Positions 1-10,966 of a stretch of 35,439 nucleotides of DNA are shown one piece after another. The position numbers and the translations under genes were made by a program. The notes under the pieces are model-generated. The model was given only the letters and a program-made list of their open reading frames with translations. It made no database searches and was not told the DNA's origin. The stretch's first letter is position 1, and every line of letters begins with the position of its first letter. Source of the DNA: a virus; the UHGV virus genome UHGV-0327679; one strand, 5' to 3'.

Positions 1-245
1 TAGATGGGGAAACAGATGATTCAGATGCTTTTATTAAAGCTTTAAACTCTGGAAGGTCGGTTATAACAATTCCGGAAGGAATATGCATCATCAAGAAGAA
101 TATTAACATTCCTGAGGGGTGTTCACTGGTTGGATCTGGCATTGATTATTGGGATACATATAGACCCCTTCCGGAATTGTTATAACCGACCTTCCAGAGT
201 TTAAAGCTTTAATAAAAGCATCTGAATCATCTGTTTCCCCATCTA
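1..245. repeat. Perfect 79-bp inverted repeat (1-79 vs 167-245) around an 87-bp spacer, at the window edge inside the tailspike gene
   Basis: Reverse complement of 1-79 matches 167-245 base for base; innermost pair (80/166) does not match. Confidence 0.85.
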
Positions 246-696
246 TTTTTGCTCCCCACCCTCTAACATCTCCACAATCTCTCCATCGTGCCATCTGCAA
301 CTCAGGATATTTTTTAGCGCCATCTGGATCTTCTAATTGCTGCCGTAGCTGATCGGGGTCATACTTCAGCACATTGGGAAAATAAAACTGCTGCGCACCA
401 TACGCATCATAAACAGCCATAGAATGGCCTTGCACGGTAACGAATTTGGCAATCTGTCCGTTATATACCGGATATCCGGCAGCGTTAATGATGATTGGTT
501 GCGAAACAGGAACGTGAGAGCCGTCTTCGTTCTCTACATAAACCTGAATCTGGTTTTCTGGATTTACCGGGTCAGTGTCAATTTTACCGATATAAATTTT
601 GCCATTGGCATTTGCTTTAAACGAGCGAGCTAAAGTAAATAACTGACTTGGTTGTGAAACAACTACGTTGTATAATTGTTCTGGCATAATAAACAT
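103..696 (-). pseudogene. Tailspike, N-terminal head-binding domain only (P22 gp9-like); receptor-binding domain absent
   Basis: Translation [106 protein letters not shown] matches the conserved P22-type head-binding domain; frame stops at 103-105 about 30 aa into the beta-helix. Confidence 0.7.
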
Positions 697-709
697 TCCG
701 GAGAAAATA

Positions 710-1210
710 ATGAGTAAGAGACGTCACGAGGTAGTAACTCGGGAGCGCCTTATGGAGGTTCTCGATTACAATAAAGAAACAGGAATTTTCACTTGGAAAA
801 AGAAATTAAGCGCCAGAGGTGCTGTTGGGAAAGTTGCTGGCACAATTTCTTATGGATATAACGCAATTAATATTGATGGCGTAAGATATTTTGCACATAG
901 ACTTGCCTGGCTGTATGTATATGGCGAATGGCCCAAACAAGAGATTGACCACATTGATAGAAACAGAAGAAATAACGCAATCTCAAACCTTAGGGATGTC
1001 AGCAGAGTCGTAAATGCATTAAATGTCGGACCTCGAAATAGCAATGCTGGAATCAAGGGGGTAACTTTCTGTCAAGCCAGAAATCAATGGCAAGCTCAGA
1101 TAAATGTCTCAGGTAAAAACATAACCCTTGGGAGATTCAACACCATTGATGAAGCGGCTATAGCTTATAAGGCAGCAAACATGGTTGCTGACCATCTGTT
1201 GAGTAGGTAA
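710..1210 (+). CDS. HNH homing endonuclease with C-terminal AP2-type DNA-binding domain
   Basis: HNH motif [23 protein letters not shown]2-like [47 protein letters not shown] 6 nt upstream of ATG 710; AT-rich; divergent from tailspike start. Confidence 0.75.
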   Translation: MSKRRHEVVTRERLMEVLDYNKETGIFTWKKKLSARGAVGKVAGTISYGYNAINIDGVRYFAHRLAWLYVYGEWPKQEIDHIDRNRRNNAISNLRDVSRVVNALNVGPRNSNAGIKGVTFCQARNQWQAQINVSGKNITLGRFNTIDEAAIAYKAANMVADHLLSR

Positions 1211-1274
1211 TGTCTGTCATTTAATTTGCTCCAGATACAAGGAATCGCCGCAGCATGGCTACGGTGAATTTTGG

Positions 1275-1301
1275 GCATAAAAAAACCCAGCCGAAGCTGG
1301 G
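1275..1301 (-). terminator. Rho-independent terminator downstream of ant
   Basis: Stem CCCAGC/GCTGGG with CGAA loop (1286-1301), followed on the minus strand by a run of 7 T (plus-strand A run 1279-1285). Confidence 0.6.
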
Positions 1302-1320
1302 TCGTTGCGTTGGTTATCTG

Positions 1321-2223
1321 TCAGTAGTTATGTACTGAAGGAGGTAATTCTTTATTCTTAAGTCTCATCCATGCGGAAAGATTCGTTGGTCCGTCTGGCT
1401 CATTGATATCAACATCTCGTGTGTGATTGATTAAAACGTCTCTCGCCATTCCGATAACATACGAGAACTCATGACCGTAGTCGTAGCATCTGCCTGAATA
1501 GTTCGATTGAATTTGTTTTAGCGCCGGATACAGTTCGCGGAATAATGCCTGTGAGCGGTTGGCATAATCCCATAACCATACAAGGCTGTTTGCTTCTTTT
1601 GCAGAAAGCTCGTTGGTTTTCTTCTCTTGTTTTCCGATGAACTCGCCTTCAAGCACTACCCTGTGGATGTACTCTACTGCTTGCGGTATCTGAGATGAAT
1701 CAAGCTCTTCAATACTTTCCACGTTGAAACGCTGATGAATCATTGCATAAGCTTCTGGGTACATTAGATGCTTTTTGCTGACTAGCATATTTACAGCATC
1801 ACGAAGCGGAGTCCTGTCATCAACAGATGTTTTCTTACGTGCATTTTCTGCCTTTCCCTTCGTCCAGTAGTCATGCAGCACAGTAAAGCATTCTTCCTGG
1901 TACTGAATCAGTTTATCGCGAATGTCAGCACGAACTTTCTCAGGGTTGATGCTGAACAGCCATCCATTTAACTTCTTCAAAGGAAGGCAGAGTAGCTTAC
2001 GAAGCTTACCATCAGCGGCAACCATGTTCATATGAACACAGTTGAATTTGCTAATCTGCTTCATGAGTTTTGTTTGCTGCGTTGACCAGCTCATTCCAAG
2101 GTTTTCAACGATTGGCTTCATCGCAACATATGCAACTCCGGCAGTCATGGCGGTGATAATCTGCTGACCATTGAAAGGTACGTAAGAGGTGTTCACTGCT
2201 TCTAAAATTGCTATACTATTCAT
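1321..2223 (-). CDS. ant: Antirepressor Ant (immI)
   Basis: Starts [22 protein letters not shown] as in P22 Ant; GGAG upstream of ATG at 2223; directly downstream of arc. Confidence 0.85.
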   Translation of the reverse strand: MNSIAILEAVNTSYVPFNGQQIITAMTAGVAYVAMKPIVENLGMSWSTQQTKLMKQISKFNCVHMNMVAADGKLRKLLCLPLKKLNGWLFSINPEKVRADIRDKLIQYQEECFTVLHDYWTKGKAENARKKTSVDDRTPLRDAVNMLVSKKHLMYPEAYAMIHQRFNVESIEELDSSQIPQAVEYIHRVVLEGEFIGKQEKKTNELSAKEANSLVWLWDYANRSQALFRELYPALKQIQSNYSGRCYDYGHEFSYVIGMARDVLINHTRDVDINEPDGPTNLSAWMRLKNKELPPSVHNY

Positions 2224-2291
2224 GTTGGTTTTTCTCCACGAATTTACTGACAACAGAAGCCCTGACTGTTCCCGCAGTTGGGGCTTCAACT

Positions 2292-2453
2292 TTACGCGCC
2301 AATACGCCCTTCCTTCTTAAAGCTGTCCATTACTCTCTGATAAATCTCAGAGTTAACAGACCGACCATTCTCTTCCGCCACCTTGCGTACCAAATCCAAT
2401 ACTTCTTTAGGCCACCGCAAATTGAACTGCGGCATTTTGCTCATTCCTTTCAT
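2292..2453 (-). CDS. arc: Arc repressor (ribbon-helix-helix)
   Basis: 53 aa [53 protein letters not shown], near-identical to P22 Arc. Confidence 0.9.
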   Translation of the reverse strand: MKGMSKMPQFNLRWPKEVLDLVRKVAEENGRSVNSEIYQRVMDSFKKEGRIGA

Positions 2454-2469
2454 GTTCACCTCACAATAT

Positions 2470-2486
2470 AGGTCCACGGTGGACCT
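2470..2486. promoter_or_regulatory. Mnt operator (Omnt), 17-bp symmetric site
   Basis: AGGTCCACGGTGGACCT, the known P22 mnt operator, in the arc-mnt divergent region. Confidence 0.8.
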
Positions 2487-2495
2487 ATTGAGAAT

Positions 2496-2516
2496 ATAGT
2501 AGAGTGCTTCTATCAT
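2496..2516. promoter_or_regulatory. Arc operator (Oarc)
   Basis: ATAGTAGAGTGCTTCTATCAT, the known P22 arc operator, just upstream of the arc start. Confidence 0.8.
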
Positions 2517-2543
2517 GTCAATACACTAACTTGGAGTGATGGC

Positions 2544-2798
2544 ATGGCTAGAGATGATCCGCACTTTAACTTCCGCATGCCTTTGGAAGTAAGAGAAAAA
2601 TTAAAATACAGAGCAGAGTCAAATGGTAGATCAATGAACTCAGAATTGTTGCAAATCGTCCAAGATGCTCTATCGAGACCATCTCCTGTAAAAGGTTATC
2701 GCAATGAAGCTGAACGATTAGCCGAGATGCAGGCTGAACAGTTCAAGTCTGTGGTATTTGAGACACTTAAAAACATGTATGGCAAGGATGCAAAATGA
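2544..2798 (+). CDS. mnt: Mnt repressor (maintenance of lysogeny, ribbon-helix-helix)
   Basis: MARDDPHFNFRMPLEVREKLKYRAESNGRSMNSELLQIVQDAL matches P22 Mnt. Confidence 0.9.
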   Translation: MARDDPHFNFRMPLEVREKLKYRAESNGRSMNSELLQIVQDALSRPSPVKGYRNEAERLAEMQAEQFKSVVFETLKNMYGKDAK

Positions 2799-3376
2799 TC
2801 GATTACAACCCAGCAAAAAAAGAAATCATCGCAGCTAAAAAGTGCCTAGAGCAGATGAAATCATCTACAAACCATGATGATTTTGAAATGCACTGGCGAG
2901 AATGTCTTGGGCATATAGAAAAGTCTTTCAGTAAGTTGCTCTGTGCAACAAAGCCGGTTAGTGGAAAATTTAGCAGCCACTTCAACCAAAAGTTCATGCT
3001 TAGAAAAACAGACAAAACACTTGCTTACCTTCACCAAGCAAGAAATGCTGATCATCATTCCACTATGGAAATCTCAAAACTTGAACCTCCTTATACTACT
3101 CTTGGGGCATTTCCTGGAGCAAGAAGCCATTATATTAAAGAGTTAATCATTGATTCAACAGGGAAAATAGCAAAATACGAAGGCGACCCTATGGTAGTTG
3201 AGTTTCATCCAGCAACAACTATGCCTATAACCGTAAGAAACCAAGGCAAAGATTATCCACCTCCAACAGAACATCTTGGCGAAAAGCTTGTTGATATACA
3301 TCCATCTGTTCTTGCCCATCTCGGTATACAATTTTATGAAAAATGGATAGATGAGTCGTGTGCAACGTTTAGATAG
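2795..3376 (+). CDS. Hypothetical 193-aa soluble protein, translationally coupled to mnt (cargo gene)
   Basis: ATGA overlap with the mnt stop; AAGGA Shine-Dalgarno; AT-rich; no motif I can recognise. Confidence 0.6.
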   Translation: MIDYNPAKKEIIAAKKCLEQMKSSTNHDDFEMHWRECLGHIEKSFSKLLCATKPVSGKFSSHFNQKFMLRKTDKTLAYLHQARNADHHSTMEISKLEPPYTTLGAFPGARSHYIKELIIDSTGKIAKYEGDPMVVEFHPATTMPITVRNQGKDYPPPTEHLGEKLVDIHPSVLAHLGIQFYEKWIDESCATFR

Positions 3377-3605
3377 TTATTTTTGATAATTTCAAGTATT
3401 TCCTCTTGACTTTGATTTACCCAAACGTGATCACACTCATGAAACCAGATTATGCTTCCTGTTTCGCCTTGTGCAATATAGGTGATCATGTTTTCATTAA
3501 CAATTATTACTGAGTTATCATGTGCGTAATTTAGTTTTATCAATTCGCATATCCTATCGTGACAAAGTAACTAGAAAAACTAAAGAGGTTGGTGTGTCTG
3601 ATTCT

Positions 3606-4088
3606 ATGAGTTACGCTGTGCTAGTTGCCGCAACTCTATTTATGGGGATAGGGTTGCAGATTGCGTGGTTCTTTTTTTCTAGTTTTATTAAACGCAAAAG
3701 AATTGAATCAAGGATATCTGAGATTTCTATTGCCATAGGGAAAAATGCTGAAAATCCAGAGAATGAGACCTGCGCACTTAATTACCTTAAAGAAAAGTTT
3801 TCCCCTGAAAAATTTGAAAATAGAATTACTGATGCTCTTGGATTGGTAATATCAGTAATTCATATGCCACTAAGTTTGCTGATAACAGTGTGGTACTTCG
3901 CCATGATCGCCGGAAGAATATTTGGTTTCATGAATATAGAGCCTGTAGTTCTTTGGGTTCCAATGATACTGCAACTGTTGTTAAGCGTTGCTATCTTTAT
4001 TTTTTCTGTTTTTATAAAAATTGTCTTTGGAAGATACCCCGGAGAAGCTAAGGGATTTAATAAAGAATTCATAAAAACTATAAAATAA
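3606..4088 (+). CDS. Putative superinfection-exclusion inner-membrane protein (SieA-like, about 160 aa, 3 predicted TM helices)
   Basis: Hydrophobic segments [59 protein letters not shown]; position between mnt and gene 16 equals the P22 sieA locus; start codon uncertain (ATG 3606). Confidence 0.45.
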   Translation: MSYAVLVAATLFMGIGLQIAWFFFSSFIKRKRIESRISEISIAIGKNAENPENETCALNYLKEKFSPEKFENRITDALGLVISVIHMPLSLLITVWYFAMIAGRIFGFMNIEPVVLWVPMILQLLLSVAIFIFSVFIKIVFGRYPGEAKGFNKEFIKTIK

Positions 4089-4110
4089 ATGCCGTCCTTG
4101 GCTTACAGTG

Positions 4111-5952
4111 CTACTGCCGTGTCGCTTCGTTAGCTAAGAGCGGGCGCACGGCAGTAGCAGCCTGATTTAGCGCTCTTTCATAAGCTGGCGTTCCAGCTTT
4201 AGTGTTTGCCAGACGTAAGAGCGCATTCCTTGCTGCTTTGGACTCATACAAACGCATCATTGCACCAAAACCAGCCTCAATCCCCATTGATACTCCAAGA
4301 GTCGCAGTTGCGCCAATCGTCCTTATCCTGTTGGCTTGTGATTGCCCCGTCTGAGTTACTACATTTGCGGTGTCTGACCTTGCTGTTTGCTGTAGAACTT
4401 CATGAAGAGCATCGAGCTCTTTCATGTGCTTTCCAGAAAAAATAGTGTTGTAAATTTCACCGCCTGACTGAGATTTAAGCTTATTAACTTCAGTGATGAA
4501 CTTGGCTGGAGAGTCACCGGCCTTTTCCGCTATTTTGCTGACGTAAGCTGCACGCATAGCATCTTTCCCTTTATCATCCAATGCGCTCCAGATTCGTTTC
4601 ACGTCAGATGGTTTTCTGCTTAATACAACGGTATTTATAAGTTCAGGACTGGCTTCACTGCTTGCCTTGTTGAGCTTGTTGGCAATGTTTTTATTAAGCA
4701 CCTTATTATAAACGTTTGCATAATCGGAATTTGCTTTAAGGTATTTTGCTGCGTCTGATGCACCGAGGTTTTTAGCAACTGCGTTACGAAGGTCTTTTGA
4801 CATTGCATTCTCTACCATATTGGTAGCTGCTTTTGCCTGGTTGGGGAAGACCATAGCATCTCCCTGAACATTAGATCTAAATGCTGTTCTGTGCTGACGC
4901 AAGAGATCAAACGTAACATCCAAATCAGTTGCAGGGTTTGCTAATTCTTCGCGTAGGTTACGCAAGGATGTAAGCAGGCTTTGATTGGCAGACGTCCCAA
5001 GCCGTTCCTGTCTTGCGATCGCTGTATTCAGAGCATTCATAGTGTTTGTGGTATCAACTGCGGCATTCCCCATTTTATTGGTGACGTCATTGATAACAGC
5101 GCCAGCGGCATCCTTCCGTCCCCTTAACGTGGTGGTCAGAGATTTCACCACATCATCCGGGTTGTACTCACCAAAACGGTCAAAATAATTACTTACCAAC
5201 TTACTACGCGTTGCATATTGCTCCGCTCGCTTTGAGCCTGTCCCGAGCAAAGCCCCCTCGGCATCCTGAGTAAGGCCGCGAGTGAAAGCATTTTTCGGCG
5301 GGATAACATCAGATGTCATTGGTGTCACGCCAATCGATTCTGATGTGGCAATTTTCTTCGCCACTTCTGGCGCAATATCACCTTTTATAGCCGTTATTCC
5401 ACGCCCTATTCCCTTTGCTGCTGCGGAAAGAACCCCCTGAGCGGCAAGGTTAACTCCGGCATTTTTAGCTGCATTTTGTGCGAAATCGCCTTTCTGATTT
5501 GCGGCCTCTGCCAGTGATCCAATAGCCATGCTTCCTGCCGTTCCAACTCCTGGAACTAAATACCCACCAATTGTTTCACCGGCTTGTGCGTATGGGTCTG
5601 TCGGTCTGTCTACTGGACGATAAACATCATCCAAAACCTTGGGTCCACCAAGCCCATGACTGATTGCATTAATCAGACTTGCGCCGCCCTGCAATACGTC
5701 AAATGGTATGTTTACCAGACCACGACCAGCCTGCTCTGCAATTTGCCCTGCACTTTGACCACCTGTGAGCCAATCGCCAGCTTGTTGCATCAATGATGGT
5801 TCTTCACGTGCTGGTTCATTATTGGCCTGATTAACTGTTTGTTGCTGAACAGCCTGACCAGCAAAATACTCATCAATGGCGGTGCCAATATCTTCCGTGC
5901 TCGTACCATCAGGGAAGGTAAATGTCTTACCGTTTGCAGTTACTTTCATCAT
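4111..5952 (-). CDS. Ejection (DNA-transfer) protein, P22 gp16-like
   Basis: 613 aa, Gly/Ala-rich; position and size match P22 gene 16. Confidence 0.75.
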   Translation of the reverse strand: MMKVTANGKTFTFPDGTSTEDIGTAIDEYFAGQAVQQQTVNQANNEPAREEPSLMQQAGDWLTGGQSAGQIAEQAGRGLVNIPFDVLQGGASLINAISHGLGGPKVLDDVYRPVDRPTDPYAQAGETIGGYLVPGVGTAGSMAIGSLAEAANQKGDFAQNAAKNAGVNLAAQGVLSAAAKGIGRGITAIKGDIAPEVAKKIATSESIGVTPMTSDVIPPKNAFTRGLTQDAEGALLGTGSKRAEQYATRSKLVSNYFDRFGEYNPDDVVKSLTTTLRGRKDAAGAVINDVTNKMGNAAVDTTNTMNALNTAIARQERLGTSANQSLLTSLRNLREELANPATDLDVTFDLLRQHRTAFRSNVQGDAMVFPNQAKAATNMVENAMSKDLRNAVAKNLGASDAAKYLKANSDYANVYNKVLNKNIANKLNKASSEASPELINTVVLSRKPSDVKRIWSALDDKGKDAMRAAYVSKIAEKAGDSPAKFITEVNKLKSQSGGEIYNTIFSGKHMKELDALHEVLQQTARSDTANVVTQTGQSQANRIRTIGATATLGVSMGIEAGFGAMMRLYESKAARNALLRLANTKAGTPAYERALNQAATAVRPLLANEATRQ

Positions 5953-7424
5953 TCCACCGTAAATTGAATGCCTGATTTTGAGGTATATGATCCGGATTGA
6001 CTCTGCTGCTGTTGGGTATTTGTCGGTTGTTGGCTATTGCTCTGTTGTTGACTATTTGCAGCACTTGAAACCACCAAAGCATCATAAACGCGACCAGACT
6101 GACCACGTAATGAGTTATATTGGCCCTGCATTTTTCGCATTTTTGTTTCAGTAGCAGCCTTGGAATCACCGGGCTGAGGCAGGTACATTTTGGAATACTC
6201 CTGCATCTCTGGCAGAGTAATTGCTGCACCTGTTTCTGGGCGCAAAATTGCATACAAGGCGTCTCTCGCATTTACCATATATTGCTGCTCCGCTGGTGAT
6301 AGGCTTAAATTTGCAATAGTCCCATCACCAAGAGAGCGATTTATTAATGCAACTCGCTTAGGGTCAATGCTTTTACTAAGCTGATTCATTGAGTCCATTG
6401 AATCTTTTAATCGCAAAGCAAATCCTGCCGCCTTCTTGGAACCCTCATTAGCCTTATCTATGATGCTTTGCGCTTGTGGCAAGCTAATTGGTTTAATGCC
6501 ATCACCAGATATAGGTTGGTTTAGTTTTCCGGCTTCCTCGCTGCCATCGGTGTAATACTTAGTTACCGAGCCATCAGGATTGGTTTCAACCTTAAGTAAT
6601 TTCTTAGCATTGGGATTAATTCCCGCCGCTGCCGCAAATGCCGCTGCACCATCTGGATCCGCCTTTAACATTTGCGCGTACTGATTGTAATTCTGCATTG
6701 CGGCTGTTGGTGCATATGCTGACGTTAACGCATTTGCTCGGCTAATATCCTGCCCTCTCGCCTGAAGTGCTTCGCTGGCCTGATTGCTGCGGATTGTCTC
6801 TGCCAGTCTGCCTCGGTCAATCTCACGACCAGCTATCTTGTCCTGAACAGCAAACGCCTTTTCTGGCCCAAGCGCACCGAGAGACATAGTAGTCAGCATG
6901 TGTGATAACTGCTCTGGATTCTGGATACCTGTCTGAATCATCCAGTCAGCATTCGCACCAACGCGATTTAACCTGTCCTTGTTGTCAGTAATGAATTTAC
7001 TGTAGGCTTCCGGTCCCTGAGAAAGAGCGACGTTAGCCCTCATGGCTAAATCGCCCATATCGTTACGTTGCTGATCATTAAGACCGGAAAACGCCTGTTG
7101 TGCCTGTGCAACAAACGCTGGATTTTCCTGGGCAAACTTAAATAGTCCCGATGGATCACCAGAAGCCCATGCATCAGCGTGAACCTTATTGAACGCACTA
7201 ATCGCTTTCTGTTGCTGTTCCTGATTGTAAATATCAGCAACTCCAGCCAGACCACGTAACGCGGTCAGACCAACGTTATTTGCACCTGAGCGAGCCAACT
7301 CATTGTTTTCGCGGATCAGACCAAGCGTTGCGTTAATGTCGCTTGCTTTTGGCGCATTCTCATTTTGCGCACCAATGCCAGCCAGAAAACCACCAGAATT
7401 AATACCCTGTTGCCACGTAGCCAT
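5949..7424 (-). CDS. Ejection protein, P22 gp20-like
   Basis: 491 aa; synteny 7-20-16; start overlaps the gene 7 region. Confidence 0.75.
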   Translation of the reverse strand: MATWQQGINSGGFLAGIGAQNENAPKASDINATLGLIRENNELARSGANNVGLTALRGLAGVADIYNQEQQQKAISAFNKVHADAWASGDPSGLFKFAQENPAFVAQAQQAFSGLNDQQRNDMGDLAMRANVALSQGPEAYSKFITDNKDRLNRVGANADWMIQTGIQNPEQLSHMLTTMSLGALGPEKAFAVQDKIAGREIDRGRLAETIRSNQASEALQARGQDISRANALTSAYAPTAAMQNYNQYAQMLKADPDGAAAFAAAAGINPNAKKLLKVETNPDGSVTKYYTDGSEEAGKLNQPISGDGIKPISLPQAQSIIDKANEGSKKAAGFALRLKDSMDSMNQLSKSIDPKRVALINRSLGDGTIANLSLSPAEQQYMVNARDALYAILRPETGAAITLPEMQEYSKMYLPQPGDSKAATETKMRKMQGQYNSLRGQSGRVYDALVVSSAANSQQQSNSQQPTNTQQQQSQSGSYTSKSGIQFTVE

Positions 7425-7434
7425 TGATTACCCC

Positions 7435-8127
7435 TTAAAACAGTGAACCAAGAAGACCAAGACCGCCGCCAACAGCGGCACCAATACCAGTACCAATACC
7501 GGGAACAATGCTGCCAAGCTGTGCTCCAGCAATTGCTCCAGAGGCAGCCCCGCCTATTGCAGATTGAAGGCCGGAAGGTCTATTAGCGTTTGCCGCCGCC
7601 AGTGCCGCGCTTTGCTGTGAAATCTGGCTCATGTTGTTGGCATATGTTTGCCCGGCGTTTGCCTGCCCCTGAAGAGCGCCAAGACCAATATTTGCCAGAT
7701 TCTGGTAGTTGTTCATCTGGCCAGACAGCCACTGCTGACCAAGCGTTGGTGCGATTGTTGCTAACTGATTACTGGTTGCGGTGGAACCTAATCCACCTGT
7801 TGCTTCCGCTGCCGCCAGACTCTGATAGCGCGCCTGACCAGCAAGGTCTTTGTACTGCTGAGAGTTGTAATACTGGTTAAGCGCCTGACCTTGCCCCTCC
7901 AGAGACGATAAGTTCTCGAGGCTGCCGACATACTTCTCAGCCAGAGGAGTAAACGGTTTCAGGTTGTTCATGATGGTGTTGAACTGCTGATTTTGCAGGT
8001 CTGCGGAATACTTCTGGGCTTCTGCTGCATACTTTGCGCTTTTATCGGCTCCACCTTTCCCGCCTTTTTCAGGGCAATAAGGTTCCTCGCCGCGCAGTTT
8101 TCTGCCCAGCTTAAATGCATATAACAT
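7435..8127 (-). CDS. Ejection protein, P22 gp7-like
   Basis: 230 aa with a Gly-rich C-terminus; synteny. Confidence 0.7.
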   Translation of the reverse strand: MLYAFKLGRKLRGEEPYCPEKGGKGGADKSAKYAAEAQKYSADLQNQQFNTIMNNLKPFTPLAEKYVGSLENLSSLEGQGQALNQYYNSQQYKDLAGQARYQSLAAAEATGGLGSTATSNQLATIAPTLGQQWLSGQMNNYQNLANIGLGALQGQANAGQTYANNMSQISQQSAALAAANANRPSGLQSAIGGAASGAIAGAQLGSIVPGIGTGIGAAVGGGLGLLGSLF

Positions 8128-8129
8128 GG

Positions 8130-8588
8130 CTATCTCCCGTGATTCAGGAAGTCGATTAGTTCTTCGCGTGTGGCGCTGTAAAACGTCACGTCATCCACGC
8201 CTTTAAAGTATTTCTTGATGGTTCCGACACGCTTAAGGCCAATCATTGCGCAGTAAATCTGCCCGTGGCGGAATTTGCGTGCGGCGAACGATGTGACGCA
8301 CTGAACGGTGGTGTTAGTCAGAATGTATCGCCAGAACGCCAGCCCGATTTCCTTGCTGAATCCACGAATCTCTGGCAGGTACATGGCGTGGCAATCAAAG
8401 GTCAGCGGCTGAATCTCCTGATAGTAAACAATTCCGCCGAACTGCCCGTGCACGTTCACCTCAAAGTAACGGCATTCAGGCTTGTAGTCGTATCCATCGC
8501 CGTTGTTGCTCCCGGCGATAATGTCAGGGTGATTTCCTACTGCTTCGATCAGGTCGATGTTTCGCGTTGGTTTGAAATGAATCATCAC
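8130..8588 (-). CDS. Virion protein in the P22 gene 14 position
   Basis: 152 aa; assigned by synteny only (between tail needle and gp7). Confidence 0.5.
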   Translation of the reverse strand: MMIHFKPTRNIDLIEAVGNHPDIIAGSNNGDGYDYKPECRYFEVNVHGQFGGIVYYQEIQPLTFDCHAMYLPEIRGFSKEIGLAFWRYILTNTTVQCVTSFAARKFRHGQIYCAMIGLKRVGTIKKYFKGVDDVTFYSATREELIDFLNHGR

Positions 8589-9538
8589 TGCTCCGCGATT
8601 ATCTTGATGGTTGTGGCAGTAAACGCCGCACCATTCGACTGAATGGTTAACGTGCTGCCATTTGTGGCAAGAAAGCCGTCTTTATCCACACTGAAGAACG
8701 TAGCTAACAGGATGTTATCGGTCGTTGTCGCCGAGTTGCGACTGCTTACCAGTGTGTCAGGAACAGAGCCGGAAAAGGTTAGCTGCATTGACCTGTTTGC
8801 GGTTCCGCTGGGCCACGTCCCGACAATCGACAGCTTGAAGAACAGGGTTTTGTTCTCGTTGAAAACAACCATCTTGTTGTTATCAGTATCGAAGAATGGT
8901 GCCAACGTCCCGGATGACGGCGTGAGCGTTTTCAGCAGGCTAACAAGGTTGGTCGGCGCTGTTGGAATGGTTACCGATACTCCTGAGTAAACAACCTCTG
9001 ATTTCTTGCGCGTGGTGGCATACTCAAGCGCAGATATTCTTGTTGAGTGATCACCAACTGTGCTTTGTAGCGTCGAAATACTTCCCTCTGCCGCTGTGAG
9101 CCTGGTATCAAGTGCGTTGATATCGGTTGTATTCTGAGTTATTCGCGCATCATGGTTTGCTAACTCAGATTCATTGGCAGCAATTCGCGTCTCGTGATCA
9201 GCCAGCTCTGTTTCGGCAGCCGTAATCCTTGTTTCATGATCTGCAAGAGTGCTTTCCGCTGCTGCGATTCTATGTTCATGATTGACGAGAGTTGCTTCAG
9301 CAGCAGCAATTCTGGATTCATGGTCTGCAAGGGTGACATCCTGCTCATCATTCTTCACCTGTGCATCATAAGCCCCCTTCCCTGCTTCGTTGGCCTTGTT
9401 AGCCACGTTACCAACATCAGCACCCTGTGCGATAACGTACAGCAGATATGACTGCGAGAAGATATTGCGTGGAAGGACTGATGTGTCGAGTCGTGTAGCC
9501 TGAATGATTACCGGCTCATTGAGATTCGAATCAGCCAT
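8585..9538 (-). CDS. Tail needle (P22 gp26-like) with C-terminal knob extension
   Basis: N-terminus [39 protein letters not shown] matches gp26; heptad repeats [11 protein letters not shown]; 317 aa versus 233 in P22, suggesting an Sf6/HK620-type knob. Confidence 0.8.
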   Translation of the reverse strand: MADSNLNEPVIIQATRLDTSVLPRNIFSQSYLLYVIAQGADVGNVANKANEAGKGAYDAQVKNDEQDVTLADHESRIAAAEATLVNHEHRIAAAESTLADHETRITAAETELADHETRIAANESELANHDARITQNTTDINALDTRLTAAEGSISTLQSTVGDHSTRISALEYATTRKKSEVVYSGVSVTIPTAPTNLVSLLKTLTPSSGTLAPFFDTDNNKMVVFNENKTLFFKLSIVGTWPSGTANRSMQLTFSGSVPDTLVSSRNSATTTDNILLATFFSVDKDGFLATNGSTLTIQSNGAAFTATTIKIIAEQ

Positions 9539-10957
9539 TACTCGATCCTTATCTGGCAGCCTGACAGAGTGACAGGTGACTTAGTGATAACACGCAATTT
9601 GAAGCCGACATTTTTCCTGATGCGCCCAACTCGCTTCCACAAAACGCGTTTGTCGTAAACGAACGGTTCATTCTGCTCAATCATCTGCTCACGCCCGTAA
9701 TTGATACCGTCAGTGGTTGCAGAGAGAAAAAGGCGGTCAGCATACTGCGCAACGCCAGTTGACGATTCAACCTCAAGGTCGAACACTCTGGCGTTATCCG
9801 CTTTGAACAGTGGAGTAAACAGCAGGTGTTCCTGTTGCTTGTCGTACTGGCTGCTGATATCGAACTGCAGTTTCCCGGTAACAGATTCCAGCTTATCGCC
9901 GCACGTTATCTGATTGCCTTCGTAAATGAAGTCGATAGCGCGGTACACATCGTCATACAAGCCAGTTTTCAACACACACCATTGCGTACCATTGGCGCTT
10001 GAAGATGCGTCGTACACGAGAACATGGCGCGCAAGATGGATAATCAGCAACTCATGCGCATCAAATCGCAGAGACTCCATCACGCCATCAGCCAGTTCAT
10101 CAGCAGTGTAGGAGCGTAGTATTTTCTCAATGCTCGCGCTGGCGATTGGTGATACCTGACCAGAGCCGATGATATACACAGACGGCGCACCTGTTGCCGG
10201 ATTGCTGATGAACGCATACGAATCAGCGAACTGCGTTTTGCAGTAGGTTCCAGCGATACCTTTCTGCACCATTAACGATGGCTGGGCGACATACAAAGCA
10301 GCACCAACGGTGGTTGCACCCGTCAGGGAGAAATATTCAATCGTCGATGAACCAAAGCAGACGATAAAGTCTCGCCATGTACCTATGCCGATGATGCCGT
10401 CAGGCTGCGATTCTGCACGATATTGTGCGCTGTAGCGGTCAGGGTGCGATTCGTCTTCAAGGTCAGTGATAAACCATGAATCAGTACCGTCTTTTGACCA
10501 CGCATAACGCCCACGTAAGCGCGTAATGTCGCGAACTGAACCTAACTCATACTGCGTAAAACCGCTGTCTGTAGGCCAGTTTGATACGGTTTTAACCGTG
10601 CCATCATAGCGATACTCGACCAGTTGACCATTAACGCCTACAGCCTGTAGATGTTCGACCATGCGCCATTGATACGCGACCACTTCCGGCGACGTCACCG
10701 ACTTCACTTTCGCCTTTGTACAGCTTGCCACCACACACGCGATAAACGGCACTCTGCGCCATGTTGTACTCGACGCCGCGCGATACGCCGTTCACATCAG
10801 AACGTTTGGCAATTCCCGGGAATGAGCGAAGATATCCGCTGCTGTTCAGGATTTCTTTGGGTGTAGCCAGCATATTCACTGGCAGATAGTCGATATAGTC
10901 GGCATTTCGGAAGTCTTTGCCGACGCCTTTCATGAGCGGAAGTTGCTGAATCGGCAT
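9538..10957 (-). pseudogene. Tail accessory protein (P22 gp10-like) interrupted by a frameshift
   Basis: Two overlapping ORFs (10631..10957, 108 aa, and 9538..10752, 404 aa) in different frames together reach the P22 gp10 length (about 470 aa); shift lies near 10650-10665. Confidence 0.65.
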
Positions 10958-10966
10958 TTATTCACC

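Noticed and set aside
1-245. Invertase-driven phase-variable segment (Gin/Pin/Hin-type) as the explanation for both inverted repeats
   Set aside because: No recombinase gene is nearby, the arms (56-79 bp) are much longer and the spacers (66-87 bp) much shorter than in known invertible segments, and neither orientation restores an intact gene.
424-633. 69-aa plus-strand ORF inside the tailspike head-binding region
   Set aside because: Antisense to a strongly supported coding region.
3334-3543. 69-aa minus-strand ORF in the gap between the mnt-coupled gene and the SieA-like gene
   Set aside because: It begins with a TTG codon, has no convincing Shine-Dalgarno and overlaps the 3' end of the 193-aa gene; not excluded as a small convergent gene but unsupported.
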